DNA of 44,151 nucleotides from the UHGV virus genome UHGV-0181040. One strand, written 5' to 3'. The first letter of the stretch is position 1; each line of letters starts with the position of its first letter. The DNA is from a virus. A model generated the notes under the pieces. It was not told where the DNA came from, made no database searches, and saw only the letters and a program-made list of their open reading frames with translations. Shown in pieces: positions 9,270 to 18,421 of the stretch. The position numbers and the translations under genes were made by a program.

Positions 9270-9782
9270 TCAGCCCCGGTACACGTTAAACGAGAAACCA
9301 TTGTTAAGACCGCCGCACAGTAATGGGCGTAAAGCGTCGTCAGCAGCGGTAATCGCGGTTGTAGCCCCACTGCTGCCGTTGTTGAAATATGTCACTGCCA
9401 CCGCACCCTCAACTCGCTCAGTCTGCACGGAACGACCGTCTGAGTTGGCCCGTACCTCAATACCCGCACCATATGTAGCGGCGGCGATTACTTGCGCAAG
9501 AATCACCTGCTTCGGGATGGCATTGTTAGCTACTGGGAAGCCATTCAACGTTACCCCAGTGCGCGGGTACGCCAGAGACTGTTCGGCGGACACACGGCGA
9601 CCGCACATCTGCGGTTCTGCAAGCCCGACATAAGTAGCGCCGTTGCGCAGAGCTACTTCCGCAGTGGTATCGTCTTCTGGCAGCTCAAGGCCATAATTAG
9701 CCGCTAACGCGCGGGCGTCCGCTAGTGAGATGTACGAATCAGCATTCGGGACGATTGCCCCCGTTTCCACGATTAGCGGCAT
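9270..9782 (-). CDS. gp6-like head-tail connector (adaptor) protein
   Basis: The N-terminus MPLIVETGAIVPNADSYISLADARALAANYGL resembles the gp6-like connector family signature. Confidence 0.45.
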   Translation of the reverse strand: MPLIVETGAIVPNADSYISLADARALAANYGLELPEDDTTAEVALRNGATYVGLAEPQMCGRRVSAEQSLAYPRTGVTLNGFPVANNAIPKQVILAQVIAAATYGAGIEVRANSDGRSVQTERVEGAVAVTYFNNGSSGATTAITAADDALRPLLCGGLNNGFSFNVYRG

Positions 9783-9785
9783 GAA

Positions 9786-9965
9786 TTATTCCTCTGATTT
9801 ACGGCGACGACGCTTAGCCCCACCACCGTTGTTGTGCGCTTCTTCGTTGTCTGGTTGGGTCGCAACCAGTTCATCCGCTTCTACCACACCGCGAACAGGC
9901 ATCACCTGGCCGTCGACAATATCGACGTGGGTGTACTTTTCGCGGATTACATAATTATCTGCCAT
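9786..9965 (-). CDS. small basic-tailed protein (59 aa), below the ORF-track size cut-off
   Basis: ATG 9965 follows the RBS AAGGAAAGG. C-terminus GGGAKRRRRKSEE. Stop is 4 nt before the next gene. Confidence 0.3.
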   Translation of the reverse strand: MADNYVIREKYTHVDIVDGQVMPVRGVVEADELVATQPDNEEAHNNGGGAKRRRRKSEE

Positions 9966-10001
9966 GACCTTTCCTTATTACGGCCCCGAAGGGCCGTTGT
10001 A

Positions 10002-10343
10002 TTAAGACACAGTTGCTACGGTGCTACTGGAGATAATATTACCATACACATCGTGAACAACCACTTTATACGTACCGGAGTCGGTAGTAGCGAGTGAAGT
10101 TTTCTCGTATGTGGCGGCATTAGCACCAGAGATAGCGTTGTTATTCTTGTACCACTGGTAGGAGTACGGCGCGAGGCCGCCTGCCACGGCTACGGTAAGG
10201 GTCATTGTGCCCCCGGTAGACCCTGCAGTGGCAGCGTTAAGTGCGGTAGAGAAGGATGCAGGAGAAATAGTCGCCATGTCAATCTTAGCGCCTACGGTGT
10301 CTGCAGAGACGCCGGTGATGCGTCGTTTCAATACGTCGGCCAT
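10002..10343 (-). CDS. Ig-like (I-set/BIG-like) domain protein, probable capsid decoration protein
   Basis: Motif YSYQWYKNNNAISGANAATYEKTSLATTDSGTYKVVVHDVYGN. Own RBS AAGAGGA. Directly downstream of the major capsid gene. Confidence 0.5.
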   Translation of the reverse strand: MADVLKRRITGVSADTVGAKIDMATISPASFSTALNAATAGSTGGTMTLTVAVAGGLAPYSYQWYKNNNAISGANAATYEKTSLATTDSGTYKVVVHDVYGNIISSSTVATVS

Positions 10344-10404
10344 TGAGGAATCCTCTTAGTAAATGAAAAGAGGGACCGAAGTCCCTCTCGATTATAGCTT
10401 AACA

Positions 10405-11454
10405 TTAAGACCCGACACCAGTTACCAGGAAGGCAATCGGTACGTGCTTACGGTCAACAACACGGTTCCAGTTGGAGGCGTTCGCCAGGTCCTGCCAGGA
10501 AGCGGAGCGTGGGGTAGTCTCGGTGCCGTTGCCGGTGATTACTGCGCTGGTGAAGCTGTAGCCCAGTGGGTGCAGCAACCAGGTCTTACGGGTCCACAGG
10601 GTTTCGACGCCACCGCCGTTGCCGCGAGACGCTTCACGCTCATATTCCAGCGGGTTAGACGGGTTGCCTTCGCCATAACCGATAGCACCGTTGCCGAAGA
10701 TGATAGAGATGAACTTACGGCTACCGCCAGTACCGACTACGGTCATGCTGTCGTCAACAATCACACGATAACCCTGGTAGGTGGCGAACAGGGTGTCGTT
10801 GTCAGCGTTCTTGATGAAGTCAATAAGCTGCTGCTTACGGGCCTGCGCGTATACGAAGCTGTGCATAGCGATAGCACCCAGCACTTCACCGCCGTTGCCC
10901 ATCAGCGCATCACCCATAGTCTGAGTAGCGTCGATGAACGCGCCAGCGTCGAAGCCCAGAGTAGCAGACACGTCGATAACCATGTCGTTCTGCTCGTGGT
11001 ACGCATCGGTCGCGGCTACGTTGTCGTTGTACAGGCCGAGCGCGGTAGCAATCAAACGGCGTTGCGCCTGGCGCTGCCAGAAGTTATCCAGACGGGACGC
11101 TACGGATTGCAGCGGATTCTGGCTGGTCAGTTCGACAGTCAGGTCAGCCTGACCGAAACCTTCGTTCAGGTATGCAACGCGCGCCATCATCTCACCGGTC
11201 TGCACGTTACGCGGAGTTGCGATGTCCTGATATACATCGTTCGAGTAGTTCGGCTCGATAGAGGTATCAATCGCTTTCCAGAAAGGAATATTAGCGATGT
11301 TGGACGGGCCGCGGGCAATCTCGGCAGCGTATGGAGTCGGGGTCAGAATACCAGACTGGAAGAACGCGGTTTTTTCTACCGGGTCCTCGGTCATATAAGA
11401 CGCCAGGACCGGGACGTTGCCAGTTACGATATCGCCGATAGTGGTAATTGCCAT
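10405..11454 (-). CDS. major capsid protein
   Basis: 349 aa, follows the scaffold gene. Sequence is MAITTIGDIVTGNVPVLASYMTEDP..., typical in size and position for a major capsid protein. Confidence 0.8.
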   Translation of the reverse strand: MAITTIGDIVTGNVPVLASYMTEDPVEKTAFFQSGILTPTPYAAEIARGPSNIANIPFWKAIDTSIEPNYSNDVYQDIATPRNVQTGEMMARVAYLNEGFGQADLTVELTSQNPLQSVASRLDNFWQRQAQRRLIATALGLYNDNVAATDAYHEQNDMVIDVSATLGFDAGAFIDATQTMGDALMGNGGEVLGAIAMHSFVYAQARKQQLIDFIKNADNDTLFATYQGYRVIVDDSMTVVGTGGSRKFISIIFGNGAIGYGEGNPSNPLEYEREASRGNGGGVETLWTRKTWLLHPLGYSFTSAVITGNGTETTPRSASWQDLANASNWNRVVDRKHVPIAFLVTGVGS

Positions 11455-11456
11455 TA

Positions 11457-12158
11457 TTATTTCCTCAGGGCTTTAAGTTGCCGTTCAAATTCGGCAGGGT
11501 TCGATTTATACAGAGCTAAACGCTCCGCTTCGCTCATGTCTTTAAACGCTGGTGCGGCCCCGCCGCCTTTGCTACCGGAAGCCCCGCCGCCGGAAGCTGC
11601 ATTTGCTTTAATCAAATGCGAAAACGCTTTGTGTTCGCGCAGGTATTTGCGGAACTGTTCCTGGTCAGTTGTGATTACGTTTCCGTCTGCGCCAACAAAC
11701 TTAGTAACCACATCATCACCTTCGAACTCAGTCTTAACGAACGGTGTAAGAATGTCTACTGCTTCCGGGGTAATAAAGTCTCCCGCGAAAGAGCCTAACA
11801 CCGCTTTACGTTCGCTGCCGAGGATGCGCTCTGCCATTCTGGAGATGCGACCATCTTTCTCGGCTAGCACCGGGTCATACTGGCTACGAATCGTCTTTTC
11901 GAACTCGTCCATCTTACCAGCGGCTTTTAACGCCTCCTGGTGCGCGCGCTGCCGTTCTTCTTCGGCCTCTTTTGCTTTACGGGCGGCTTCTTTCTTCTCC
12001 GCCAACAACGCTTCCTGATTAGCCTTAAGCCCGGCCACTTCTTTCTCAATCAGTGCCTGAACTTCTTCGGCTGTGAACATTTTCGGCGCATCACCGCCAC
12101 CGGCCTTATCTTCTGCACCAGCTTTTTCCTGGAACGGATAACGTAAAAAACGATTCAT
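11457..12158 (-). CDS. scaffolding protein
   Basis: Charged coiled-coil EEVQALIEKEVAGLKANQEALLAEKKEAARKAKEAEEERQRAHQEALKAAGK. Immediately upstream of the major capsid gene. Probable ATG at 12158 (MNRFLRY). Confidence 0.6.
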   Translation of the reverse strand: MNRFLRYPFQEKAGAEDKAGGGDAPKMFTAEEVQALIEKEVAGLKANQEALLAEKKEAARKAKEAEEERQRAHQEALKAAGKMDEFEKTIRSQYDPVLAEKDGRISRMAERILGSERKAVLGSFAGDFITPEAVDILTPFVKTEFEGDDVVTKFVGADGNVITTDQEQFRKYLREHKAFSHLIKANAASGGGASGSKGGGAAPAFKDMSEAERLALYKSNPAEFERQLKALRK

Positions 12159-12240
12159 AGTCAGTATGTCCCCTGGACGTTGGAACCCGGGCCACCCGGA
12201 TTTACATGTCAAGAATAAATTATTCCAACATGCAAGGCAA

Positions 12241-12504
12241 CTATTCCAGAATATTCCTCACGTAGTCCTGCAACATGAACACTTTCAGTCTCAGTTGCCG
12301 TACACATTCGGCGTTCTGAACGTCAATAGCTAAATCCTCGTCGGCATCACTACTTGGCGGTGCCAGCTTGCACGGCGGCTGCATCATCGTCGTATCCGGG
12401 GATGGAATTTGCGTTTGCGACGGCGCGGGACTTGAGCTGCACGCGCTCAGGGTCAAAAGTGCACACGCTGCGGCCAGGCGTTTTAATGTACTTAACGACT
12501 TCAC
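12241..12504 (-). CDS. Rz1: Rz1-like o-spanin (outer-membrane lipoprotein), overlapping Rz and extending past its stop
   Basis: GTG start with RBS GAGGT. Lipobox LLTLSAC. Pro-rich mature region SSSPAPSQTQIPSPDTTMMQPPCKLAPP. Confidence 0.6.
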   Translation of the reverse strand: MKSLSTLKRLAAACALLTLSACSSSPAPSQTQIPSPDTTMMQPPCKLAPPSSDADEDLAIDVQNAECVRQLRLKVFMLQDYVRNILE

Positions 12505-12736
12505 GGGTAATTACCTCTGATTTCGTCTTGCCTTCGTTGTCAGCGGCTGCGGCCTTTGATTCATCCTGCTGCTGCCGTTGTGTTTTCTTCGCTAACTCAG
12601 CCTGTGCTTTCTGCTGTTGCTGCGAAACGAGATTCGCCCGGCCTTCGTTCCAGCCGGTACGGTACTGATAAACGCCGTGTGTGTAAGCCAGGATGATGAA
12701 ACATGTTCCTGCTACGACAGTTGCTTTAAGATTCAT
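12350..12736 (-). CDS. Rz: Rz-like i-spanin (N-terminal transmembrane helix followed by a periplasmic coiled coil)
   Basis: MNLKATVVAGTCFIILAYTHGVY transmembrane helix, then a Gln/Ala/Lys coiled coil. RBS AAGGAG. Contains an embedded overlapping lipoprotein ORF. Confidence 0.6.
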   Translation of the reverse strand: MNLKATVVAGTCFIILAYTHGVYQYRTGWNEGRANLVSQQQQKAQAELAKKTQRQQQDESKAAAADNEGKTKSEVITREVVKYIKTPGRSVCTFDPERVQLKSRAVANANSIPGYDDDAAAVQAGTAK

Positions 12737-13055
12737 GTTTCTCCTTTCTCGATAAGTAAAGCCCCGCCTTAAAGCGGGGCGCTAGGCCTTATCATTTAAA
12801 TATAGAAACGGCGTAATCTCAGTAAACCAGTTACTTTTTACACAAGCAATAGACTATGGCCCTTCCGAACGCGTCAGCGTAACTACACTCAGGACTAACG
12901 TCCCGCTCCGTTACCTGCCCGCGCCGCGGTCGCTTGTTCATACTTCACAAGCTCAGGAGGAGCTTAGCATATTTTTAGTGAAAAGTCAACTATTCGAATA
13001 GTTTATTCCGACATTTACAATTAAGTGGAATAACTGGAATACGTAAATAAATAGT

Positions 13056-13086
13056 TTGCAGGCACCAATATAATAGGGTACTATTC
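13056..13086 (+). promoter_or_regulatory. promoter TTGCAG-17-TACTAT with operator TAATAG-GGTA-CTATTC (regulon copy 2)
   Basis: A 36-nt block nearly identical to copy 3 at 15227..15257. 24 nt upstream of the HNH ATG. Confidence 0.6.
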
Positions 13087-13109
13087 AGTTAACTTAAACA
13101 GGGGGTTTT

Positions 13110-13649
13110 ATGCTCACTAAACGTTCAGAAGCAATAGCCGCTGGCGATGATTATTACTTCACGGGAAAACCGTGTAAACGTGGGCATGTCGCGAAAAGGC
13201 ATGTCCGCACCGGGTGCTGTGAGTGCACTAAAGAGATACAAAAATCGTACCGAGAACGCAACGTTGTTTCTTGGGCGGCTAAAAACGCAAAATGGAGGCG
13301 AGAAAATAAAGACCGAATAGCTGAAATTGACGCAGAGTACCGTAAGAAAAACAAAACCGCCAGGAAAGCCCAAAGGCTGAAGTATAAAACGGCAAAAAGA
13401 GCCAGGAGTATAAACATCAGGAATGATGAATTTGACCTATTAGTATTCGAAGAAGCGCAGGAGCTATGTCAACTGCGAGCGGGCGAAACAGGTTTCTTAT
13501 GGCATATCGACCACATGCTGCCGCTGCGTGCTAAAACTGTCTCTGGGCTGCATGTCGCAGAAAACATACAAGTTATCCCTGCGGTTCTTAATCTCTTAAA
13601 AGGTAATAAATTAATTTTCACCGAGAGAGGCTCTTGGTTGGCTTCCTGA
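13110..13649 (+). CDS. HNH homing-type endonuclease
   Basis: Cys-rich N-terminus CKRGHVAKRHVRTGCCECTK and HNH core HIDHMLPLRAKTVSGLHVAENIQVIPAVLNLLKGNK. Free-standing on the opposite strand inside the head gene block. Confidence 0.75.
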   Translation: MLTKRSEAIAAGDDYYFTGKPCKRGHVAKRHVRTGCCECTKEIQKSYRERNVVSWAAKNAKWRRENKDRIAEIDAEYRKKNKTARKAQRLKYKTAKRARSINIRNDEFDLLVFEEAQELCQLRAGETGFLWHIDHMLPLRAKTVSGLHVAENIQVIPAVLNLLKGNKLIFTERGSWLAS

Positions 13650-13653
13650 AATT

Positions 13654-13678
13654 AAGGCCCCATAACGGGGCCTTTTAT
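13654..13678. terminator. bidirectional terminator AAGGCCCC-ATAAC-GGGGCCTT
   Basis: Same stem as the 6296, 15621 and 38544 hairpins, followed by TTTAT. Confidence 0.6.
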
Positions 13679-14139
13679 CATTCAGGCTTCGTAACCTTCG
13701 CCGCTTTGCTTACGGCCTCTACACCATCGGCATCAGTAACTTTAACGAAGTATTCACCAACCGCGTTAACCGTCAGGGACAAGGCCTCTTCTGGAGCGTT
13801 TACCACTTCCTTACCGTCCTTATACCAGGTCAGGGTATATGGCGCTTTGCCCGCCTTAACTTCGACAGTGATGGCCGCGTTGCCGTCTGCCAGTTCAGCG
13901 TCTTTCGGTTGCACAGAGAAATACACATCGCCTGCGTCCGCCAGATACGGAATTTCGTAAAGCATACCCGCCGCAGGCAACGCAATACCGGTCTTGTCTG
14001 CAAACGGCATATCGTCTACTGGTGTACCCAGTACACTTTCGTCTTCAATAAACACCACGTTCTCACCAGAACCGGACACGCGAGCGTACTGGACAACACG
14101 GCGCGATGGCACATCAGTTACTTTAAAAAAGCCCATCAT
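13678..14139 (-). CDS. Ig-like (I-set) domain protein, possible decoration or accessory protein
   Basis: C-terminal motif YTLTWYKDGKEVVNAPEEALSLTVNAVGEYFVKVTDADG. ATGA coupling to the upstream head morphogenesis gene. Confidence 0.45.
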   Translation of the reverse strand: MMGFFKVTDVPSRRVVQYARVSGSGENVVFIEDESVLGTPVDDMPFADKTGIALPAAGMLYEIPYLADAGDVYFSVQPKDAELADGNAAITVEVKAGKAPYTLTWYKDGKEVVNAPEEALSLTVNAVGEYFVKVTDADGVEAVSKAAKVTKPE

Positions 14140-15239
14140 TATTCCCCTTTCAGATAATCAGCAACACGTTTATCGAGTTCCGCCATCTGCTTAAGCGTCA
14201 GCGGATTCCCAAAACCATCTACAGATATTACGCGAAACTCTTCCGGCGATATACCGCTGTTACGGAAAATCTTACCGCGAACAGGGCCAAGCGCCTGGTC
14301 CTGAAACCACGCCGGTTGTTGTTTCAGGAACTCGTAATAGGTGGTGTCCGCGCTTACCTGGGTACCGCCGTTCGCACCCTTAGCCGTGCGTTTTGCACCT
14401 TTATCGAGGAAGTCGAACTCGGAACTTATCACCGGGGCTGTGGTACTTCGACAATTTGGATGCGCTGGCGGCATCGGACCCTTACCGATTTCCCACGTCA
14501 TTCCGTCTCTGGCCCTGCAAATCGTACTGGTGCGGCTGTCCAGCGTTGACACCCACTCGTACTTCTCGATAATGTCGTCGTTCTGGCGATACGTCTCGTT
14601 ACGGGCTTCGTTGGATATGTGGGACAGCGCGGTGCGGATTACTGTAGCTGCATTACGCTCGGAGATGTCCGCCAGCCCACCAGCGCCAACAACATTCTTA
14701 ACAATCTGCCGTGTTGTCTGGCCTTGTACAAAGCCCATCTTAACGCCGGTTACAAGGCGCGATACTTCAGTTTCACCCCAGCCTGACATCAGCTTAGTGA
14801 AGTCAACAGGCTTGTCACTTAGCGACAGCGGCTGAAACTCAGCTGCGGCCCATACCTGTTCGGCGGTGGGTGTAACAAATTCCGCGTTAACGTTGGTGGT
14901 CAGCGTTTTTACGTTCCACTCCGCCTCATACGCCGCCAGTTCCTTGAGGTCTTCTGTCAGCTTTGTTTGCCAGTCACCAGTAAGTCCTGTCAGTGCTTCT
15001 TCGAGGTCGCGTAACAATTTATTCAGTCGCGCTGTGCTACGACCATCGTCACCGAATAACAGCACCTGCTGTTTGATTTCGTCCCGCATTTCCCGAATGA
15101 ATGGTGCGAGGTCTTTCACTTCACCAGATGCGGTGCGTTGCAGCCATATCTGGTGGCTGATTAGGGATGTAAGTAAGCTCATAGGCCCTCCTGTAGTATC
15201 GCCAGTGTAACGCATAAAAATAATATTTGCAGACACCAA
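14139..15239 (-). CDS. head morphogenesis protein (Mu gpF / SPP1 gp7-like)
   Basis: C-terminal TSTICRARDGMTWEIGKGPMPPAHPNCRSTT signature. Directly downstream of the portal gene. Confidence 0.7.
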   Translation of the reverse strand: MVSANIIFMRYTGDTTGGPMSLLTSLISHQIWLQRTASGEVKDLAPFIREMRDEIKQQVLLFGDDGRSTARLNKLLRDLEEALTGLTGDWQTKLTEDLKELAAYEAEWNVKTLTTNVNAEFVTPTAEQVWAAAEFQPLSLSDKPVDFTKLMSGWGETEVSRLVTGVKMGFVQGQTTRQIVKNVVGAGGLADISERNAATVIRTALSHISNEARNETYRQNDDIIEKYEWVSTLDSRTSTICRARDGMTWEIGKGPMPPAHPNCRSTTAPVISSEFDFLDKGAKRTAKGANGGTQVSADTTYYEFLKQQPAWFQDQALGPVRGKIFRNSGISPEEFRVISVDGFGNPLTLKQMAELDKRVADYLKGE

Positions 15240-15257
15240 TATAATAGGGTACTATTC
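15227..15257 (+). promoter_or_regulatory. promoter TTGCAG-17-TACTAT with operator TAATAG-GGTA-CTATTC (regulon copy 3)
   Basis: Near-identical to copy 2. 30 nt upstream of the ATG at 15287, with RBS AGAGGAGGAA. Confidence 0.6.
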
Positions 15258-15286
15258 AGTTAAACGACAAAGAGGAGGAATAAAAC

Positions 15287-15616
15287 ATGATTAATGCTAA
15301 AGAAGAGTTGCTCGCCCATCTGGATGGTAAAGATGTAGTTAAATGCGCCTGGTTTGCGGACTATGATGCGGATGACGCGGATTACGATTTCGTTGAGGGG
15401 AGTAAATGGCTCCTGCGGGAGAATTACTCCCGCGGAGAATGGGAAAGCCTAATGGCTGAACTTGATTTTGAATATCACAACGGTCACGGCATTCAAAACT
15501 TCTTCGGGGTAATTTGGTACGAAGATGGTACATGGTCTTCTCGCGGAGAATACGATGGTTCTGAATGGTGGGAATATAATGTCGTGCCGGATATGCCGGA
15601 AGAACTTAAGCGCTAA
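15287..15616 (+). CDS. small highly acidic Trp/Tyr-rich protein; candidate DNA-mimic-type anti-restriction or anti-defence protein (cargo gene)
   Basis: 109 aa, rich in D/E and W (ADYDADDADYDFVEGSKWLL..., EWWEYNVVPDMPEE). Has its own operator-controlled promoter and terminator. On the opposite strand between the portal and head morphogenesis genes. Confidence 0.45.
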   Translation: MINAKEELLAHLDGKDVVKCAWFADYDADDADYDFVEGSKWLLRENYSRGEWESLMAELDFEYHNGHGIQNFFGVIWYEDGTWSSRGEYDGSEWWEYNVVPDMPEELKR

Positions 15617-15620
15617 AATT

Positions 15621-15645
15621 AAGGCCCCTTTCGGGGCCTTTTCTT
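15621..15645. terminator. bidirectional terminator AAGGCCCC-TTTC-GGGGCCTT
   Basis: GC stem plus TTTTCTT. Lies between the convergent acidic-protein and portal genes. Confidence 0.65.
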
Positions 15646-17137
15646 ATTGCTGCTGTTGGCCTTGCGGAGATTGTTCCTGTCTTGCTGTAGCAGGAATCTC
15701 TCCAGCCACCTGAGCAACAGTACCTAACGGCAGCGGTGCGTCTTCGATAGCGCTCTGAATATCCTCGTCGGTCCAGTCAGTTACGCCCGCCTTACGCAAT
15801 GCTGCGTAGTATGCGGTAGCTGGTAGCAGGCCTGCGTTAATATCCGCCATCCACTGTGCACGGTCCTGAGCGGTCATTGGCTGCAGGAAGAACTCCATAT
15901 TCAGTTTGAACTCGATTTCAGTACCGTCACTAAGCCCTAGCATCGCTGCTACCCAGCGCAGCGCATCGGTATACGCCATACTTACATTACGTGCAATTGT
16001 CGCCATAACGGACGTATCTGCGCCGCGTTGCAGGCGGGCTGATTCAGCGGTGATTTGCTGCGTCGGGGTGATAAGCTGCGCGCCAATCTGGATTGCCTGA
16101 TTCTCTTTATCCAGCATGTTCTGTTTGGCGAGGTTGTTCTCTCCGGCCTGGACAAGAAACGCATTGCCGCCGTAGCCAATGTTATGGCCCGAACGTGAAC
16201 CCATGCGCACGCCGTGTGGGTTGGCTTCGGCCCACTGTTCCATGCTCATATTCTCACCAGGGGCGATGAACAGAGTGGGCTGGCCTACAACGAAGCTGGA
16301 CTCCTCATTGTCCGCGCTGTTGCGGAAATGTCCGATGTTTAGCTCAGCCAACGGCAGCAAAGGTGCATCGTCGATGGTCGCATCGTTGTTGCTCGCCCCA
16401 ATGAACGTGAAGGGAATTTTGCCGCGCAGCTGTTCTCCGAGTTCCGGGAAGATTTCGATTACGTCACCCTGAGCACCACCTTCGGCGTCGAAGCGGTAAA
16501 TGCGCTGGCGGTAGCGCCCGTCAATCAAATCGAGAACGCGGTATTGTTCGCCGAATTTTGTTTCGAACTCCGCGCCCGGTTCTGAGTATTCCCACACCTC
16601 ACGCAGCACGACCGTTGTCACACGGTTAACAGAACCGATGCGTGTCAGTCGCCAGTTGATGATGTTCTCTGCGGTATAGAATGCGATTACCGGGTTTAAT
16701 AACCCCGCGTTCTGCTCTGCCGCCGTTGCCGCGGCTGTCTCTGGGGCGTCCACCAGCAACCCGCCGCGGCCAACCGAGTCAATCTCCATCAGCGTGTCCT
16801 GCGCGTGCTGCCACAACCCGACACCAGAACCGTCGGCATTACGTAACAGGTACTCCAGTTCAGGCGGGATAATTTGCTCGGGGTCTTTACGCATCACTGA
16901 CCCCACCATCCCGGCCAGAGTACGTTTGGTGAAGTTGTAGCAGATAGCGCCGTTCTCATATTCTTCCTGGCGCTGCGCAGCGTAGGTAGGGTCCGGCTCG
17001 TTCTTCCCGACGTTGCGAAGATAGCGGATAAGGTCGCCTTCCAGCGCGTGGCGTACCTTCTGCCATTTATCGAAGTGGTGCAGCCATTCCCGGTGTTTTG
17101 TCTTAACACCCTGATTCTGACCGTTCATAGTTAACAT
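15644..17137 (-). CDS. portal protein
   Basis: 497 aa, immediately downstream of the terminase large subunit; size and position are typical. Confidence 0.75.
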   Translation of the reverse strand: MLTMNGQNQGVKTKHREWLHHFDKWQKVRHALEGDLIRYLRNVGKNEPDPTYAAQRQEEYENGAICYNFTKRTLAGMVGSVMRKDPEQIIPPELEYLLRNADGSGVGLWQHAQDTLMEIDSVGRGGLLVDAPETAAATAAEQNAGLLNPVIAFYTAENIINWRLTRIGSVNRVTTVVLREVWEYSEPGAEFETKFGEQYRVLDLIDGRYRQRIYRFDAEGGAQGDVIEIFPELGEQLRGKIPFTFIGASNNDATIDDAPLLPLAELNIGHFRNSADNEESSFVVGQPTLFIAPGENMSMEQWAEANPHGVRMGSRSGHNIGYGGNAFLVQAGENNLAKQNMLDKENQAIQIGAQLITPTQQITAESARLQRGADTSVMATIARNVSMAYTDALRWVAAMLGLSDGTEIEFKLNMEFFLQPMTAQDRAQWMADINAGLLPATAYYAALRKAGVTDWTDEDIQSAIEDAPLPLGTVAQVAGEIPATARQEQSPQGQQQQ

Positions 17138-17149
17138 TGAATAATCCTC

Positions 17150-18421
17150 TTAAAGTGCGAAAGTCACCGGGACGTTAATAACTGGTTTGCGAATCGGCAT
17201 TTCATACGCGATAGGGTATGTGGTTCCGTCATTCTGGTGGTCCACGCCGCCAGATTTATCCGGTTCGCCGTTCTTGTCGTAGGCTTGCTGCTCCAGGCAT
17301 CGCGCCGTAACTGGGCAAGCCTGTTCATTAATCATGACCATACCAGATTCAAGCGCCTTATTCATCGCAGATACGCGGTCTTTAACCGGTGGGTTTGTCG
17401 ATTTAGCGCGTACTTCGAAACCGGCCTGCTGTAGCTGGGCTATGTCTGAGGTACTGGCGTTGTTGCTTTTACGGTTCTTTCCGCTGGCGTCAGGGTACAT
17501 AACGATATAGTGGCCATTACTTTTCCATCGCTCTGTTATAGCCCGCACTACATCAGGCGTATCGAACATATCAACCAACTCGGCAACAGCGTGCCATACC
17601 TTACCACGTTGCACGTAAACTGTGCTCGCCATGTGGCCTACGTTAAAGTCCTGCCCAATATACAGAGTCTCTCCAGGTTTGATTGTTTCGCGACTGCTGT
17701 TTTTCCTGCGGTCGTAAGCATAGTAGACCGTCCCTGCCGTGAGGTTTACGAACTCGCCGTTAATGTAGGCATCAATCAATTGCCCCGGGTAGGTGTCGCG
17801 CAAAGACTGCACATAATCTTCTGGCAGAAACGGGTTAGACAGGGTGGACGCCTGAATCATCTCGTAGCCTGGATTCTTTTTAACAACCCAGCGGTCGTGT
17901 ACGAAACGGAATCCTTCCGGCGTAGTGAACACGGAAACGGTATTAGCCGGTTTCGGTGTAATAGGTTTATACGTCCGCGGCAACTGACGGTTACGTGCAA
18001 TGACTTTGTTCCACGCGTGCTCGGCGTGTTCCATGTTCAGGGTGTCCAACTCGTCGATTTTTGCACGAAACGATTCGTAGCCAACAATTCGTGCTGGATT
18101 ATCAAGTGTACGCAGGACAAAATCCCCGAATTGCCCTGAAGACGTATAGATTATGTTGTCAGACTTATTATATTTGTACCTGATACCCCAGTCCGTCAGC
18201 TTCTCTTCCATACGAGGCGCAAGAATAAGGCGTACCAGGTCGTAAGTAGGCTCGTACATGGCGATGATAGAATCGCTACCGCCCTCCATGCTGTCCAGTA
18301 GCGCGGAGTTACACATAACCTCTGATTTCCCGGTGCCGAATCCGGCCACGAATGCCGGGAACTTGCAATGCATACCGAGAAATGCGCCTTGTGGTTCCGT
18401 TGCCGTGATATTAACGTTCAC
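17150..18421 (-). CDS. terminase large subunit
   Basis: Walker A VAGFGTGKSE near the N-terminus, 423 aa, followed by the portal gene. Confidence 0.9.
   Translation of the reverse strand: MNVNITATEPQGAFLGMHCKFPAFVAGFGTGKSEVMCNSALLDSMEGGSDSIIAMYEPTYDLVRLILAPRMEEKLTDWGIRYKYNKSDNIIYTSSGQFGDFVLRTLDNPARIVGYESFRAKIDELDTLNMEHAEHAWNKVIARNRQLPRTYKPITPKPANTVSVFTTPEGFRFVHDRWVVKKNPGYEMIQASTLSNPFLPEDYVQSLRDTYPGQLIDAYINGEFVNLTAGTVYYAYDRRKNSSRETIKPGETLYIGQDFNVGHMASTVYVQRGKVWHAVAELVDMFDTPDVVRAITERWKSNGHYIVMYPDASGKNRKSNNASTSDIAQLQQAGFEVRAKSTNPPVKDRVSAMNKALESGMVMINEQACPVTARCLEQQAYDKNGEPDKSGGVDHQNDGTTYPIAYEMPIRKPVINVPVTFAL

Noticed and set aside
9980-9997. Hairpin ACGGCCC-CGAA-GGGCCGT after the Ig-like gene, as a terminator
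   Set aside because: The stem is good but neither strand has a convincing U-tract. It may be an attenuator or RNA-stability element after the major capsid and decoration genes, so I did not call it a terminator.
10363-12018. 551-aa plus-strand ORF antisense to the major capsid and scaffold genes
   Set aside because: It overlaps two high-confidence structural genes on the opposite strand and its composition is Arg/Ser/Val-rich junk. It is most likely an open antisense frame caused by codon bias.
17510-18139. 209-aa plus-strand ORF antisense to the terminase large subunit gene
   Set aside because: Same reasoning as above. It is embedded in the Walker-motif-bearing terminase gene.
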